From Vulcanimicrobiota bacterium (GTDB lineage: Bacteria; Vulcanimicrobiota; Xenobia; Xenobiales; JADMJV01): DNA of 64,000 nt. The stretch lies in assembly GCA_050250895.1 (NCBI GenBank), contig JBFWNU010000001.1, forward strand, positions 2,692,891-2,756,890, in the 5' to 3' direction. Shown piece after piece: positions 30,105 through 39,325 of the stretch. The position numbers and the translations under genes are program-made. The stretch's first letter is position 1, and every line of letters begins with the position of its first letter. The notes beneath the pieces were generated by a model. The model saw nothing but the letters and a program-made list of their open reading frames with translations. It did no database searches and was not told the DNA's origin.

Positions 30105-31377
30105 CGGCTTGGCGAAAAGCCTCGCGCGCCTCGGCCATGGAGGGGTAGCGGTCGTCGGGTTGGCGCGAGACCAGTTTAGCCATGACCTGGGCTATCGGCT
30201 CGGCCAAGTCGGGGCGAAAGGTGCGCGGGTCGGGGGCCGGACCGGTCAGGGCCGCCATGATCATCTTCATCGGGTCCTCGCTTTCGAAGGGCCGCTGGCC
30301 GGCCAGCAGTTCGTAGGCGATGACGCCGATGGCGTACTGGTCCGAGCGGGGATCGACAGCCTCGGAGATTTGCTCGGGCGCCATATAGCCGGGAGTGCCC
30401 AGCACCACTCCCGTCACGGTGATGGTCTTGTCGACTTCCCGGCGGCGGGCCAGCCCAAAGTCCATCACCTTGACCTTGTTGTCGTCGGTGACCATGATGT
30501 TGCCGGGCTTGAGGTCGCGATGGACAATGCCTTTTCCGTGGGCATAGACCAGCCCGTCGAAGATCTGCTCGAGATAAAGCCAGCCTTCCATCAAGGGCAG
30601 GCCGCCGGCTCGCAGGCGAGTCGACAGCGTCTTGCCGTGGATCAGCTCCAGGGCCAGATAGACGTAGTCGCCGTGGGTGTCCAGCCGATACAGGCGCACG
30701 ATGTTGGGATGGCTCAAGTCGCGGCTGACCTGGCCCTCGCGGATAAAACGGTCGCGATGTTCGGCTTTGCCGTACATCTCGGGCAGCATCACCTTGAGCG
30801 CCACCGCTTCGCCCTCGTCGAGGTTCTGGTCGGGAACGGCCCGAAAGACCATGGCCATGCCGCCCTCGCCCAGCTTGTCGAGGATGCGATAGCCTCCCAT
30901 CACGCTGCCCAACAGGTCGTGCTTGGGAATCGTCGCCTCGAAGTGAGACAGCTTGCTGTCGCGGGCGGCCAGGGCGGCCACACGACGACGAGTCTTGGCC
31001 CACCACCAGCCGGCCGCGCCCAGGCCGGCCAGCATCAAGGCCAGCCACCACGGCTTGCGCAACAGCGGGATCAGGGCGTTGCTGGGGGTGAGCGGCACGG
31101 GAACGTCGGGATATCTGACCCCCCCGCCACGTTGCTCGAAGGTCTGGCCGGGAATGTCCACCTGGGCATCTTTGTAACCCGGCAACCGCACCACCAGGTG
31201 GAGCGGTTGCTGGGGGCGGTGGCTGGCGGCGGTGAGGCTGAACGGTTGGCCCGAGACACCGAGGGGCTGGTTGTTCTTCAGCACCTCGGCCCCGGCAGGC
31301 TCGGTCTGGATGGTGACTTGCCAGCTCTGCCCCAGGCAGGGCAGGCTCAGCAGGAGCAAGAGCAGGAGGGTTCTCAA
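30091..31377 (-). CDS. Membrane Ser/Thr protein kinase with exported PEGA-like domain
   Basis: Signal peptide, IQTEPAGAEV...LG (PEGA-like), TM helix, LGEGGMAMV, VALK, HRDLKPGN, DFG, GTPGYMAPEQ. Confidence 0.92.
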   Translation of the reverse strand: MRTLLLLLLLSLPCLGQSWQVTIQTEPAGAEVLKNNQPLGVSGQPFSLTAASHRPQQPLHLVVRLPGYKDAQVDIPGQTFEQRGGGVRYPDVPVPLTPSNALIPLLRKPWWLALMLAGLGAAGWWWAKTRRRVAALAARDSKLSHFEATIPKHDLLGSVMGGYRILDKLGEGGMAMVFRAVPDQNLDEGEAVALKVMLPEMYGKAEHRDRFIREGQVSRDLSHPNIVRLYRLDTHGDYVYLALELIHGKTLSTRLRAGGLPLMEGWLYLEQIFDGLVYAHGKGIVHRDLKPGNIMVTDDNKVKVMDFGLARRREVDKTITVTGVVLGTPGYMAPEQISEAVDPRSDQYAIGVIAYELLAGQRPFESEDPMKMIMAALTGPAPDPRTFRPDLAEPIAQVMAKLVSRQPDDRYPSMAEAREAFRQAVKAC

Positions 31378-31976
31378 TGGACCAGTCTCAGGGCCGTGAC
31401 TTTGCGCAGCCGGTAGCGCTCCTGGCCCTCGGAGAGTTCGAGTTCGATGGTGATGGGCGAGGCCACGGCCGCCCCCGAGCCGGCATGGGTGACGGTGAAC
31501 GAGTCGACGTTGGCGGCGATAGGGCGCGGGCTAGCGTCGAGCTGGCTGACCAGCTGCAAGAGCTGGGCCGGGCCGGGTCGGGTGGGTTGGTTGGTGGACA
31601 GGTTGAGGGCCATCGAGGGCACTCGGCCGGGGGCCCAGGTCCGGCGCCACAAACGGCGATCCGCAACATAATAGACCACCAGCTCTTGTTGCCACACCAC
31701 CACTCCATCAGCCGAGAGGTCGTTGGCCGGCTGAATCGCCAGCACGTCGGGGCCGGAACGGATGCCCACCCCACCGGCGGCGGCCAACTGCAGATCGTCG
31801 ACCAACCACCGACCGGCCAATAACCCCTGTTGCTGCAATTGGGCGCGCTGGCTGGTGCGACCGGCCGTGCGCAGGGTGGGAATGAGCAGGTTGACCAGAA
31901 TCAGCCCCACGATGAGGAACAGGCCGGCCGCCACCATCACTTCTAGCAGGGTGAAGGCTCGTCTAGCCACGGACAC
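31374..31976 (-). CDS. PilW/PulJ-like prepilin
   Basis: RRA|FTLLEVMVAAGLFLIVGLILV. Confidence 0.8.
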   Translation of the reverse strand: MSVARRAFTLLEVMVAAGLFLIVGLILVNLLIPTLRTAGRTSQRAQLQQQGLLAGRWLVDDLQLAAAGGVGIRSGPDVLAIQPANDLSADGVVVWQQELVVYYVADRRLWRRTWAPGRVPSMALNLSTNQPTRPGPAQLLQLVSQLDASPRPIAANVDSFTVTHAGSGAAVASPITIELELSEGQERYRLRKVTALRLVH

Positions 31977-32334
31977 TCGAAACCCACACTTCCCGAACGA
32001 TCTGCTGGGGCCGGCCGCTGCGGCTCCAAACCACCGTCACGCGCACCCCCAGGGTCCGCTCGACGCTGGTGTTGGGCACGGCGAAGACTTCGCGGCTGAG
32101 GGTAAAGTTGGGGTCCGGGCTGGGCGGGGTCGAAGTGCCCACCGCCAAGGCCGAAAAGGGAGCTGCTCGGGCTTCTTCGAGCACCGAGCGAGCCAGGTTC
32201 TCGGCTTGCAACTGTTCTTCGCCGCGGCGCACGGCCAGCACCGAGCTGGGCACCAGATTGACCACCAGGATCAGGATAAAGCCTACCAGAGCGATGGCGA
32301 AGACCGTTTCTAACAGCGAAAAAGCCCGCTTCAT
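31963..32334 (-). CDS. PilV-like prepilin
   Basis: MKRA|FSLLETVFAIALVGFILILVV; C-terminal VRVTVVW. ATG 32334 overlaps the upstream stop. Confidence 0.8.
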   Translation of the reverse strand: MKRAFSLLETVFAIALVGFILILVVNLVPSSVLAVRRGEEQLQAENLARSVLEEARAAPFSALAVGTSTPPSPDPNFTLSREVFAVPNTSVERTLGVRVTVVWSRSGRPQQIVREVWVSSVRG

Positions 32335-34046
32335 CGGTGCCGCTCTCGGACCCAAACCACCCTGACCCTTTCAGAGAACTGAATGAACTGATTGGGGTCG
32401 AGGGTGAACTTCCCCTTCTTGAGAGTGGGGTCTTTGGTCTTCTGGTAGAGGGCGTCCAGATCGGCCAGGTTGGCCCGAAACTGGTCGAGGAAGGTGTTCA
32501 CGTAGGCTTGCAGTTGCTGGCGCACCACGTCGATTGACACCGACCCGGCGTTGGCGTTGCCCTCCCACCACCATTGAGCGGCCTGTTCGAAGTCGGTTGT
32601 TTCGCGGTAGTTGGGCCCCCCGGGCAACATCGTCGAAGACCCGATGTGAAAGAGTATGGGCGCGGTCTCGGCCGTCACCAGGTCAGGATCAAAGGAGTCG
32701 GTGGCCGGGTTATAGAGAGCGTCCAGGTTGACCTCACCGCCCACCTTGATGTAGGTGAAGCCGTTCATGGGAAGCCCCGGAGTGGGCATATCGACGTGCG
32801 CCTCGAACGGAAACTCCCACTCGAAATCCACCGCCTCGGGGGCCCCGATGGCGTTGGTGCGGCTGATGCTAAAGGTCGAGCCGGCCGGGGCTTTGTTCAC
32901 CAGGCTGCCGATGAGGGTGATGTCCGAGATCGAGACATCGCCGCGATTGTAGAGCACTCCCACGAAGTGCGAGCTGTCTTTGTCATACCCGTTGATGGTG
33001 ACATCGCCCTCGGCCACCAGCGCCTGCACGTTGTCGGTCGACAGGGCGCTGGCCCCACTGACGGTCACGTCGCCGCTGCAAAAGACCGCTCCCTGGCCGG
33101 TGATGCCGCCATTGACCACCAGGTCTCCGTCCACGTAGAGATAGGCTCCGTCGAGTTCGAGGCCGCCGTTGCTGATGGTCAGGTCGCCGGCCCGGCGCAC
33201 CGGCCCTTCCAGAGTGAGGGTGCTCGATGAGGTACCCGACGTCAGCTCGAACAGGCCCGTCCAGCCGGCCGGGTCGTAGTCGCCCACTTCCAGGTCGGGT
33301 AGAGGCGCCGGGTCCGAGTTCTCCACCACCGAGCCCTGAACGTTGGTCTGGGCTCCCAACAAGATGGTGCCCCCCGATTGGGCGTCTCCGGTGATGATGG
33401 ACGGCTGGGCGGGGCTCGAAGAGAGCACCAGGCTGGCGCCGTTGGCGGCCACGTTGCCGTCTTCGAGCTGTTCGGGAGGCACCGAGGCCAACCCGCCCGA
33501 CAGGTCGGCCAGGGCGTCTACGGCGGCCACATAGAGGCCCCCGTTGGAGGTCAGCTGGCCCGAGGTGGCGATGGCGAACTTGTAGTTGGGAATGCGCAGA
33601 ATCGTCTCGCGCGTGACCACCACCCCGTTGCTTTCGCCCACGGCCATGATCTGGGCCGTGAAGGGAGCCAGCGTCCGCCCGGTGCCCGAGCTGGCCGTGT
33701 CGTTTTCGACATTATTGACCGAAAGCGGGATGAGCCACGCGTTGGCCGTGTCGGTGTCGAAGGTCAGCCGGCCCTGGTCGCGGCCGCTAAAGCTGATCGA
33801 GAGACTGCGCTGGGCCGCGTCGGCACTCAGGCCAAAGGCGGGGTCGTCGGCCAGTTTGTCGATGGCCAGGACGGTCACCGATTCGGCCAGGTTGCGGGCC
33901 ACTTCGAGGTTGCTCTGGCGGGTGGCTACCTGCAGGTGGCTGGTGCCGGTGGTGGCCATGGTCAAGGCTACCAACAGTAGAATTGCGCTCACCATCAGCG
34001 TGGCGACCAGGGAGGCTCCTCTTTGGGACACGCCTGAGTATACCAC
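32331..34046 (-). CDS. Large PilX-like minor pilin/adhesin with beta-helix-like region (paralog B)
   Basis: QRG|ASLVATLMV without Glu5, ARNLAES; repeated G-D-L/V-T-I-x-G strands. Confidence 0.75.
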   Translation of the reverse strand: MVYSGVSQRGASLVATLMVSAILLLVALTMATTGTSHLQVATRQSNLEVARNLAESVTVLAIDKLADDPAFGLSADAAQRSLSISFSGRDQGRLTFDTDTANAWLIPLSVNNVENDTASSGTGRTLAPFTAQIMAVGESNGVVVTRETILRIPNYKFAIATSGQLTSNGGLYVAAVDALADLSGGLASVPPEQLEDGNVAANGASLVLSSSPAQPSIITGDAQSGGTILLGAQTNVQGSVVENSDPAPLPDLEVGDYDPAGWTGLFELTSGTSSSTLTLEGPVRRAGDLTISNGGLELDGAYLYVDGDLVVNGGITGQGAVFCSGDVTVSGASALSTDNVQALVAEGDVTINGYDKDSSHFVGVLYNRGDVSISDITLIGSLVNKAPAGSTFSISRTNAIGAPEAVDFEWEFPFEAHVDMPTPGLPMNGFTYIKVGGEVNLDALYNPATDSFDPDLVTAETAPILFHIGSSTMLPGGPNYRETTDFEQAAQWWWEGNANAGSVSIDVVRQQLQAYVNTFLDQFRANLADLDALYQKTKDPTLKKGKFTLDPNQFIQFSERVRVVWVRERHR

Positions 34047-35743
34047 TAGTGCACTACCCAGACCACTCTGGCCTTCTCGGAGAATTGCAGAAACTGGTTG
34101 GGGTCGAGGCTGAATTTGCCTTTCTGCAGATGCTGGTCTTTCGTCTTCTGGTAGAGGTCGTTGAGGTTGGCCAGGTTGTCGCGGAACTTCTGGCGGTAGG
34201 CCGGCAGAGCTACCTGGGTCAGATGGCCCATCAGCTCTTCCGAGCTGACCTCGCCAGGGATGGCCAGGTTGGCGTTGACCGCCTCGATGGCCTTGTCCAG
34301 GTCGGTCGTCTCGAAGTAGCCGCTGGGGTAAGCATCCAGGTAGATCGGTTTCACTTTGATGCGGAATATGACGGGGATGTTGTCGTCGCTGGCCAGTTCG
34401 GGGTCGATGACATCCGCCTCAGAGTCGTAGAACAGGCTAAGGTCGACATCGGTGGGAGTAAAAATGCCAAAGGCGTCGGCCGGCGCCCCGGGAAAGATGG
34501 GCTGGGCGGTGGCGAAAGGGAAGTCCCACTCCAGGCTCAGCACCTCGGGCACTTCCACCACGTTGGTGTCCGAGATCGAGGTGGTGGTCGGGGTGGCGGC
34601 GTTGTTGACCAGGCTGCCCACCAGCGTGATGTCGCTGATAGCGATGTTGCCCCCGCCATAGACCACACCGTTGAAATGCGAGCTTTGCTGATCGTCGCCG
34701 CTGATGGTCACGTTGCCGGCCGCCACCAGCGCCTGGACGTTGTCGGTGGACAGGGCTGATCCGCCGTTGAGCGTGACGTCTCCAGTGCAAAAGATGGCCC
34801 CCTTGCCGCTGACTCCCCCGTTGACCACCAGATTCCCGTCCACGTAGAGATACGCACCATCGAGTTCCAGCCCGCCGTTGCTGATGGTCAGATCGCCGCT
34901 GCGGCGGACCGGTCCCTCCAGAGTGAGAGGGCTCGAACTGACCGAGGTCGTGAGTTCGTACAGACCGGTCCAACCAGCCGGGTCGTAGTCGGCGACATCG
35001 AGTTCGGGTAGGTTCTCGGGGTCGGCATTCTCCAGCACCGCTCCTCCCACCGACGTCTGGGCGCCCAGGCTGATGCTACCTCCCGACTGGGCGTCGCCGG
35101 TGATGTTGGTGGGAGACAGCGGTGACGAAGCCAGCCACAGAGGGCCTACCGCGTTGGCTACCAGGTGGCCGGGTAGCAACTGGTCGGGTGGCACCGCCGC
35201 CAGTCCCCCGGCCAGAGTTTGCAGGTCGGGCACCGAGGCCACGAAAAGCCCTCCGCTGGACGTCAGGGTGCCGGAGGTGGCGATAGCGTATCTGTAGTGA
35301 GGGATGCGCAGGATGGTTTCTAGCGCATAGGTCACTCCGTTCGACTCACCCACCGCCTTGAGCTGGGCCGAGAAGGGGGCCAGCGAGCGCCCGCTGGCCG
35401 GGGCCGCCGTGTCTTGCTCGAGGTTGTTGTGCGACACCTCCACCCCCCACAGATCGGCCCGATCGGGTTCGAAGGTGAGGCGACCGGTGGTGTTGGCGAC
35501 GACGACTTCGAGAGAGCGCTGGTCGGCATCGCCAGCCAGGCCGAAGTGCTGGTCGTGACTGAGCCGGTCGATGGCCAGAGCGGTCACCGACTCGGCCGCG
35601 TTGCGGGCCTGTTCGAGGTTGGCCTGGCGGGTGGCCAGGCGCAGGTGAAAGCTGCCCACTCCGGCCATGGTCAGCGCTACGACCAGCAGCACCGCCCCCA
35701 CCAGGACGGTGGTGGCCAGGGCTGCCCCCCTGGGCCCGGTCAC
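34046..35743 (-). CDS. Large PilX-like minor pilin/adhesin with beta-helix-like region (paralog A)
   Basis: PRG|AALATTVLV, ARNAAES; extensive identity with the adjacent gene. Confidence 0.75.
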   Translation of the reverse strand: MTGPRGAALATTVLVGAVLLVVALTMAGVGSFHLRLATRQANLEQARNAAESVTALAIDRLSHDQHFGLAGDADQRSLEVVVANTTGRLTFEPDRADLWGVEVSHNNLEQDTAAPASGRSLAPFSAQLKAVGESNGVTYALETILRIPHYRYAIATSGTLTSSGGLFVASVPDLQTLAGGLAAVPPDQLLPGHLVANAVGPLWLASSPLSPTNITGDAQSGGSISLGAQTSVGGAVLENADPENLPELDVADYDPAGWTGLYELTTSVSSSPLTLEGPVRRSGDLTISNGGLELDGAYLYVDGNLVVNGGVSGKGAIFCTGDVTLNGGSALSTDNVQALVAAGNVTISGDDQQSSHFNGVVYGGGNIAISDITLVGSLVNNAATPTTTSISDTNVVEVPEVLSLEWDFPFATAQPIFPGAPADAFGIFTPTDVDLSLFYDSEADVIDPELASDDNIPVIFRIKVKPIYLDAYPSGYFETTDLDKAIEAVNANLAIPGEVSSEELMGHLTQVALPAYRQKFRDNLANLNDLYQKTKDQHLQKGKFSLDPNQFLQFSEKARVVWVVH

Positions 35744-36999
35744 AGGCTCTCCAATACCTGGTAGATGGGGGCGAAGGTGGCCAGGATGATCACCCCCACG
35801 GCCACGCCCAGGACCATCATCAGAACCGGTTCTACCAATGCCGTCAGGGCCACCAGAAAGTGTTCGACCTCCATCTCGGAATACTCTGCCACGGTGGCCA
35901 GCAGGGTCGACAGGCGGCCGCTCTCTTCACCCGCGGCGGTGAGGTGAACCACCTCGGGCGAGAAGAAGCCGGTGCGGGCCAGCGCCTCCGACAGGGAGGC
36001 TCCATCGCGCAAGGCTTCGCGGCTGGCCAGCAGCGCTTGCCGGGCCAACGGACTCGGGGTCGATACCGACACCAGTTGCATGACCCGGTCGATGGTGAGC
36101 CCCGAGGCGACCAGCAGGCCCAGCATGCGGCAGCATCGGGCCGCCTCGAGGCGACGCAGCAAGTCGCCCAGTTTGGGCACATGCAACAACCGACCCTCGA
36201 TCCACTCGCGGCCGTCGGGATGGCGCCAGGCCCGGGTGGCACAAAACAAGACCAGCCCCGGGACCAAGACCAGCCCGACCATGGTCAGGCGATTGGTCAT
36301 CACGCCGGTGATCAGGCCCAGCAGTCCGGTGCTGCTCTCGGCCACCGTCGGCAGCGAGGCCAGCACCCGGCCCATGATGTTGCCCAGGATTCCCAGGGCG
36401 GCCAACATGCACAGCAGCACCACGGCCGGATAGGTCAACTGGCTCACCAGTTTGCGATAGAGGGCCACTTCCTTTTCTTCTAAATCCGCCAGGTCGTTGA
36501 GCAACCGCCCGAGCTTGCCACTCTCTTCGCCCACCGCCACCGTCCCCACCTGAACCGGCGTAAACAGTCCCGTGCCGCGCATGGCCGTGCTCAGCCGGGT
36601 GCCCTGGCCCAGAGCCGTGACGGCTTTCTCGAGTCGGCGGGCCGCCACCGGACGATAAACCTGGTCGCACAGGGTCTCGAGGCAACGATGCAGATGGATG
36701 CCGGCCTCGAACATCGAGGCCAGTTGGCGCAGGAAGACGGCTCGCTCGGTCAGGCTCCAGCCCGGCCTGGTCAGGGGCTCTTGAGGCTCGGGGGGCTTGG
36801 CCTCGGACACCGGCGGGGGGGGCGGCGGCTTGACCCTGGGCTTGGGAGGCGCCACTTTGGCCACCTCTTGCTTGAGTTCCATCAGCATCAGACCCTGGGC
36901 TTGAATGGCTTTGACCGCTTCGGCCTTGGAGGGAGCCTGCAGGCTGCCCTTGCGGATCCCGCCCCCCTTCTCGGCCGCGACATAGCTGAAGGTCGGCAT
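35740..36999 (-). CDS. Type II secretion F / PilC family protein
   Basis: MPTFSYVA, FLRQLASMFEAGI, VGEESGKL, LTYPAVV, AGEESGRL, LVEPVLMMVLG...FAPIY. Confidence 0.92.
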   Translation of the reverse strand: MPTFSYVAAEKGGGIRKGSLQAPSKAEAVKAIQAQGLMLMELKQEVAKVAPPKPRVKPPPPPPVSEAKPPEPQEPLTRPGWSLTERAVFLRQLASMFEAGIHLHRCLETLCDQVYRPVAARRLEKAVTALGQGTRLSTAMRGTGLFTPVQVGTVAVGEESGKLGRLLNDLADLEEKEVALYRKLVSQLTYPAVVLLCMLAALGILGNIMGRVLASLPTVAESSTGLLGLITGVMTNRLTMVGLVLVPGLVLFCATRAWRHPDGREWIEGRLLHVPKLGDLLRRLEAARCCRMLGLLVASGLTIDRVMQLVSVSTPSPLARQALLASREALRDGASLSEALARTGFFSPEVVHLTAAGEESGRLSTLLATVAEYSEMEVEHFLVALTALVEPVLMMVLGVAVGVIILATFAPIYQVLESL

Positions 37000-38294
37000 C
37001 AGGGCACCTCGGCCAGGGCGGCCTCGGCGCTGGCCGGGCGCAGGTCGGGCTGCACGTTGAGTAGCTTGAGGATGAGCTGGTCATAGCCGGCCGGCAGGTC
37101 GGGCTGGTGATGAGAAGGCGGGTCGGGCAGACCTCGGGCCTTCTTCAAGAGCAGGGCCACCGGGTCAGCTGCTTGCCAGGGTAGCACTCCGGTCACCATC
37201 TCGTAGAACATTACCCCGGCCGCGTAGAGATCGCAGCGATGGTCAACCGCCTTGGATTCAATTTGCTCGGGAGCCGCATAGGCGGGCGTGCCCAGCAACT
37301 CGCCGGTGGCGGTCAGCTTGGTGAGCTGGTCGGCCTTGGCGATGCCGAAGTCCACCAGTTTCAGGCGGTCTTTGGCTAGAAAGACGTTACCGGGCTTGAG
37401 GTCGCGATGGATCACGCCCTGGCCGTGGGCGTAGACCAGGGCCTCGAACAGCTGGCGCATCAAGCGGCTGGCCTCGCGCGGAGCCAATTTGCCTTCGCGC
37501 TGCAAACGGTCCTCCAGACTCTCGCCCTGCAATAGCTCCATCACCAGATAGGACGGGAGCTCCGGGTCCTCGGACTCATAGAAATCGTGGAGCCGCACGA
37601 TGCCCGGGTGGGTGCAGGCATAAAGCAACCTCCACTCACGCCGCGAGCGCTCGCTTTGATCCTGAGGAACCTTGAGCGCGTAGACATCGCCGTGGCGGTC
37701 TTGCACCTCATAGACGATGGCCATGCCGCCCTGACCGATCTTCTTGATGACCTTGTAGGGCCCGATCTTGACGGGAATCCCGGTGCGCGCCTCGGCCACC
37801 AAGGCTCGCTTTTCGGCCGCTTGAAAGTCCTGCCGTAACCGCCGCCGGCCGGCCATGAGCAAGAGGGTGACCACGCTCGCCGGGATGAGCACGGCCCACA
37901 CCAGACGGGCCCAGTCGGTCTCGGGATAAAGATGGACCGTCACCGAGGCCGGTCCGTTGCGGTTCTGTTGAGACCCTCGCAAGAGGGTGAAAGGCCCCTG
38001 CCGTCCCCGCACCTCGATATCGATGTACTGACCGGGTTCGGCCTGAAAAATGTAGGGAGTGTTGTCGCTAACCTGGTGGAAAGGCTGGTCGGTGTTGGTG
38101 CGCCGCACCCACACCGCCCCGGGGGCGTCGGACTGGATGGTGATGGGATATTCGCGCGCTGCCACCGGGCTGGTCAGCAGCAGCAGCGTTAGACACTCCA
38201 GAGCGAGACGGGCAGGTTTTTGCCGGCCAGATTCACCTGGCCGTGGTGTTGACCGCCATGAAGTTGGCTGCAGCGGTAGGTCTCGTCGTCGCAC
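36999..38294 (-). CDS. Membrane Ser/Thr protein kinase (true start probably near 38200)
   Basis: Small extracellular domain, TM helix, IGQGGMAIVY, YALK, HRDLKPGN, DFG, GTPAYAAPEQ. Start codon uncertain. Confidence 0.88.
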   Translation of the reverse strand: MRRRDLPLQPTSWRSTPRPGESGRQKPARLALECLTLLLLTSPVAAREYPITIQSDAPGAVWVRRTNTDQPFHQVSDNTPYIFQAEPGQYIDIEVRGRQGPFTLLRGSQQNRNGPASVTVHLYPETDWARLVWAVLIPASVVTLLLMAGRRRLRQDFQAAEKRALVAEARTGIPVKIGPYKVIKKIGQGGMAIVYEVQDRHGDVYALKVPQDQSERSRREWRLLYACTHPGIVRLHDFYESEDPELPSYLVMELLQGESLEDRLQREGKLAPREASRLMRQLFEALVYAHGQGVIHRDLKPGNVFLAKDRLKLVDFGIAKADQLTKLTATGELLGTPAYAAPEQIESKAVDHRCDLYAAGVMFYEMVTGVLPWQAADPVALLLKKARGLPDPPSHHQPDLPAGYDQLILKLLNVQPDLRPASAEAALAEVP

Positions 38295-39325
38295 AATACC
38301 GGACAGCCTTTCTCCTTGGTGAGCTTCTCGAGGCGAGCGGCCGTGTTGACGACATCGCCAATCACCGTGTATTCGCGCCGGCGGGTACTACCGAGGTCAC
38401 CTACCACGGCTTCCCCCGTGGCCAGGCCCACCCCAATTCTAGCCTCCCTCTCGGCAGCTACCTCCACCATTTGACGAGCGCAGCCAATAGCCCTCGCTTC
38501 CTGGTCCTCGAGATCGAGAGGGGCTCCGAAAACGGCCAGCAGACCATCGCCCAAATACGACATTACCGTGCCCTGGTGGGCCAGGATGACCTCGGTCATG
38601 CTCTCGAAGTGGGCGTTGAGAAAGGTGAGCAACTCGTCGGGTTCGACCGTCTCGGACAGACTCGAGAAGCCGCGCAGATCGCAAAACATCACCGTCACCC
38701 GCCGGCGGTCGGCGGCCAGTGCCTGGCTGGGTCTGGCCAGAATGGCATCCACCACTTCGGCGCTCACATAGCGAGAGAAGAGGTCCCGGATACGGTTCTT
38801 CTCTTCATCGAGCTGGGCCCGCTCCAGCACCGAGGCGGTCTGGGCGGCGAAGGTCTCGAGAAAGTTCAGGTCCTCGTCCTCGAAGGCGCCCAGCCGCAGG
38901 CGATTGTCGACATAGAGGACTCCCAGGTTGCCGTTGTTGCCCACCACGGGCGCGCACATCACCGCCCGCAGGCCATATTCCTGGATGCTGACGGCGTTGG
39001 CGAAGCGGGCATCGCTCTGGGCGTTGGAGGTGAGCAGCGCTTGGCCGGACCCGAAAACCTCGTAGACGATGCTGCGAGAGACCTGGAAGTCGTCGTCGAA
39101 GAGATTCTCCTTGCTGAAATTGCGGGCGCTCTTGAACTCGAGGGTGCCCATCTCGGGGTCCACCAGCATGATGAAGCCCCGCTCGGCCCCCAGCAACTCC
39201 AGCAGGTGATCCATCAGGACCTCCAGCACGGTGGAGAGGTCGGGAATCGAGCGGGTCACCTGGATCATCCGCGTGAGCGTGGCCAGACGATCCGCGGGAT
39301 GCGGAACCCGTTCAGGAATCAGCAT
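38189..39325 (-). CDS. GAF + class III adenylate/guanylate cyclase
   Basis: GAF (LLTSNAQSDARF...LGVLYVDNR), then FSRYVSAEVV, VTVMFCDLRGFS, YLGDG, EYTVIGDVVNTAARLE. Confidence 0.92.
   Translation of the reverse strand: MLIPERVPHPADRLATLTRMIQVTRSIPDLSTVLEVLMDHLLELLGAERGFIMLVDPEMGTLEFKSARNFSKENLFDDDFQVSRSIVYEVFGSGQALLTSNAQSDARFANAVSIQEYGLRAVMCAPVVGNNGNLGVLYVDNRLRLGAFEDEDLNFLETFAAQTASVLERAQLDEEKNRIRDLFSRYVSAEVVDAILARPSQALAADRRRVTVMFCDLRGFSSLSETVEPDELLTFLNAHFESMTEVILAHQGTVMSYLGDGLLAVFGAPLDLEDQEARAIGCARQMVEVAAEREARIGVGLATGEAVVGDLGSTRRREYTVIGDVVNTAARLEKLTKEKGCPVLCDDETYRCSQLHGGQHHGQVNLAGKNLPVSLWSV

Noticed and set aside
32331-35743. Diversity-generating retroelement or shufflon acting on the PilX pair
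   Set aside because: No reverse transcriptase or recombinase nearby, no adenine-specific TR/VR pattern and no inverted recombination sites seen.
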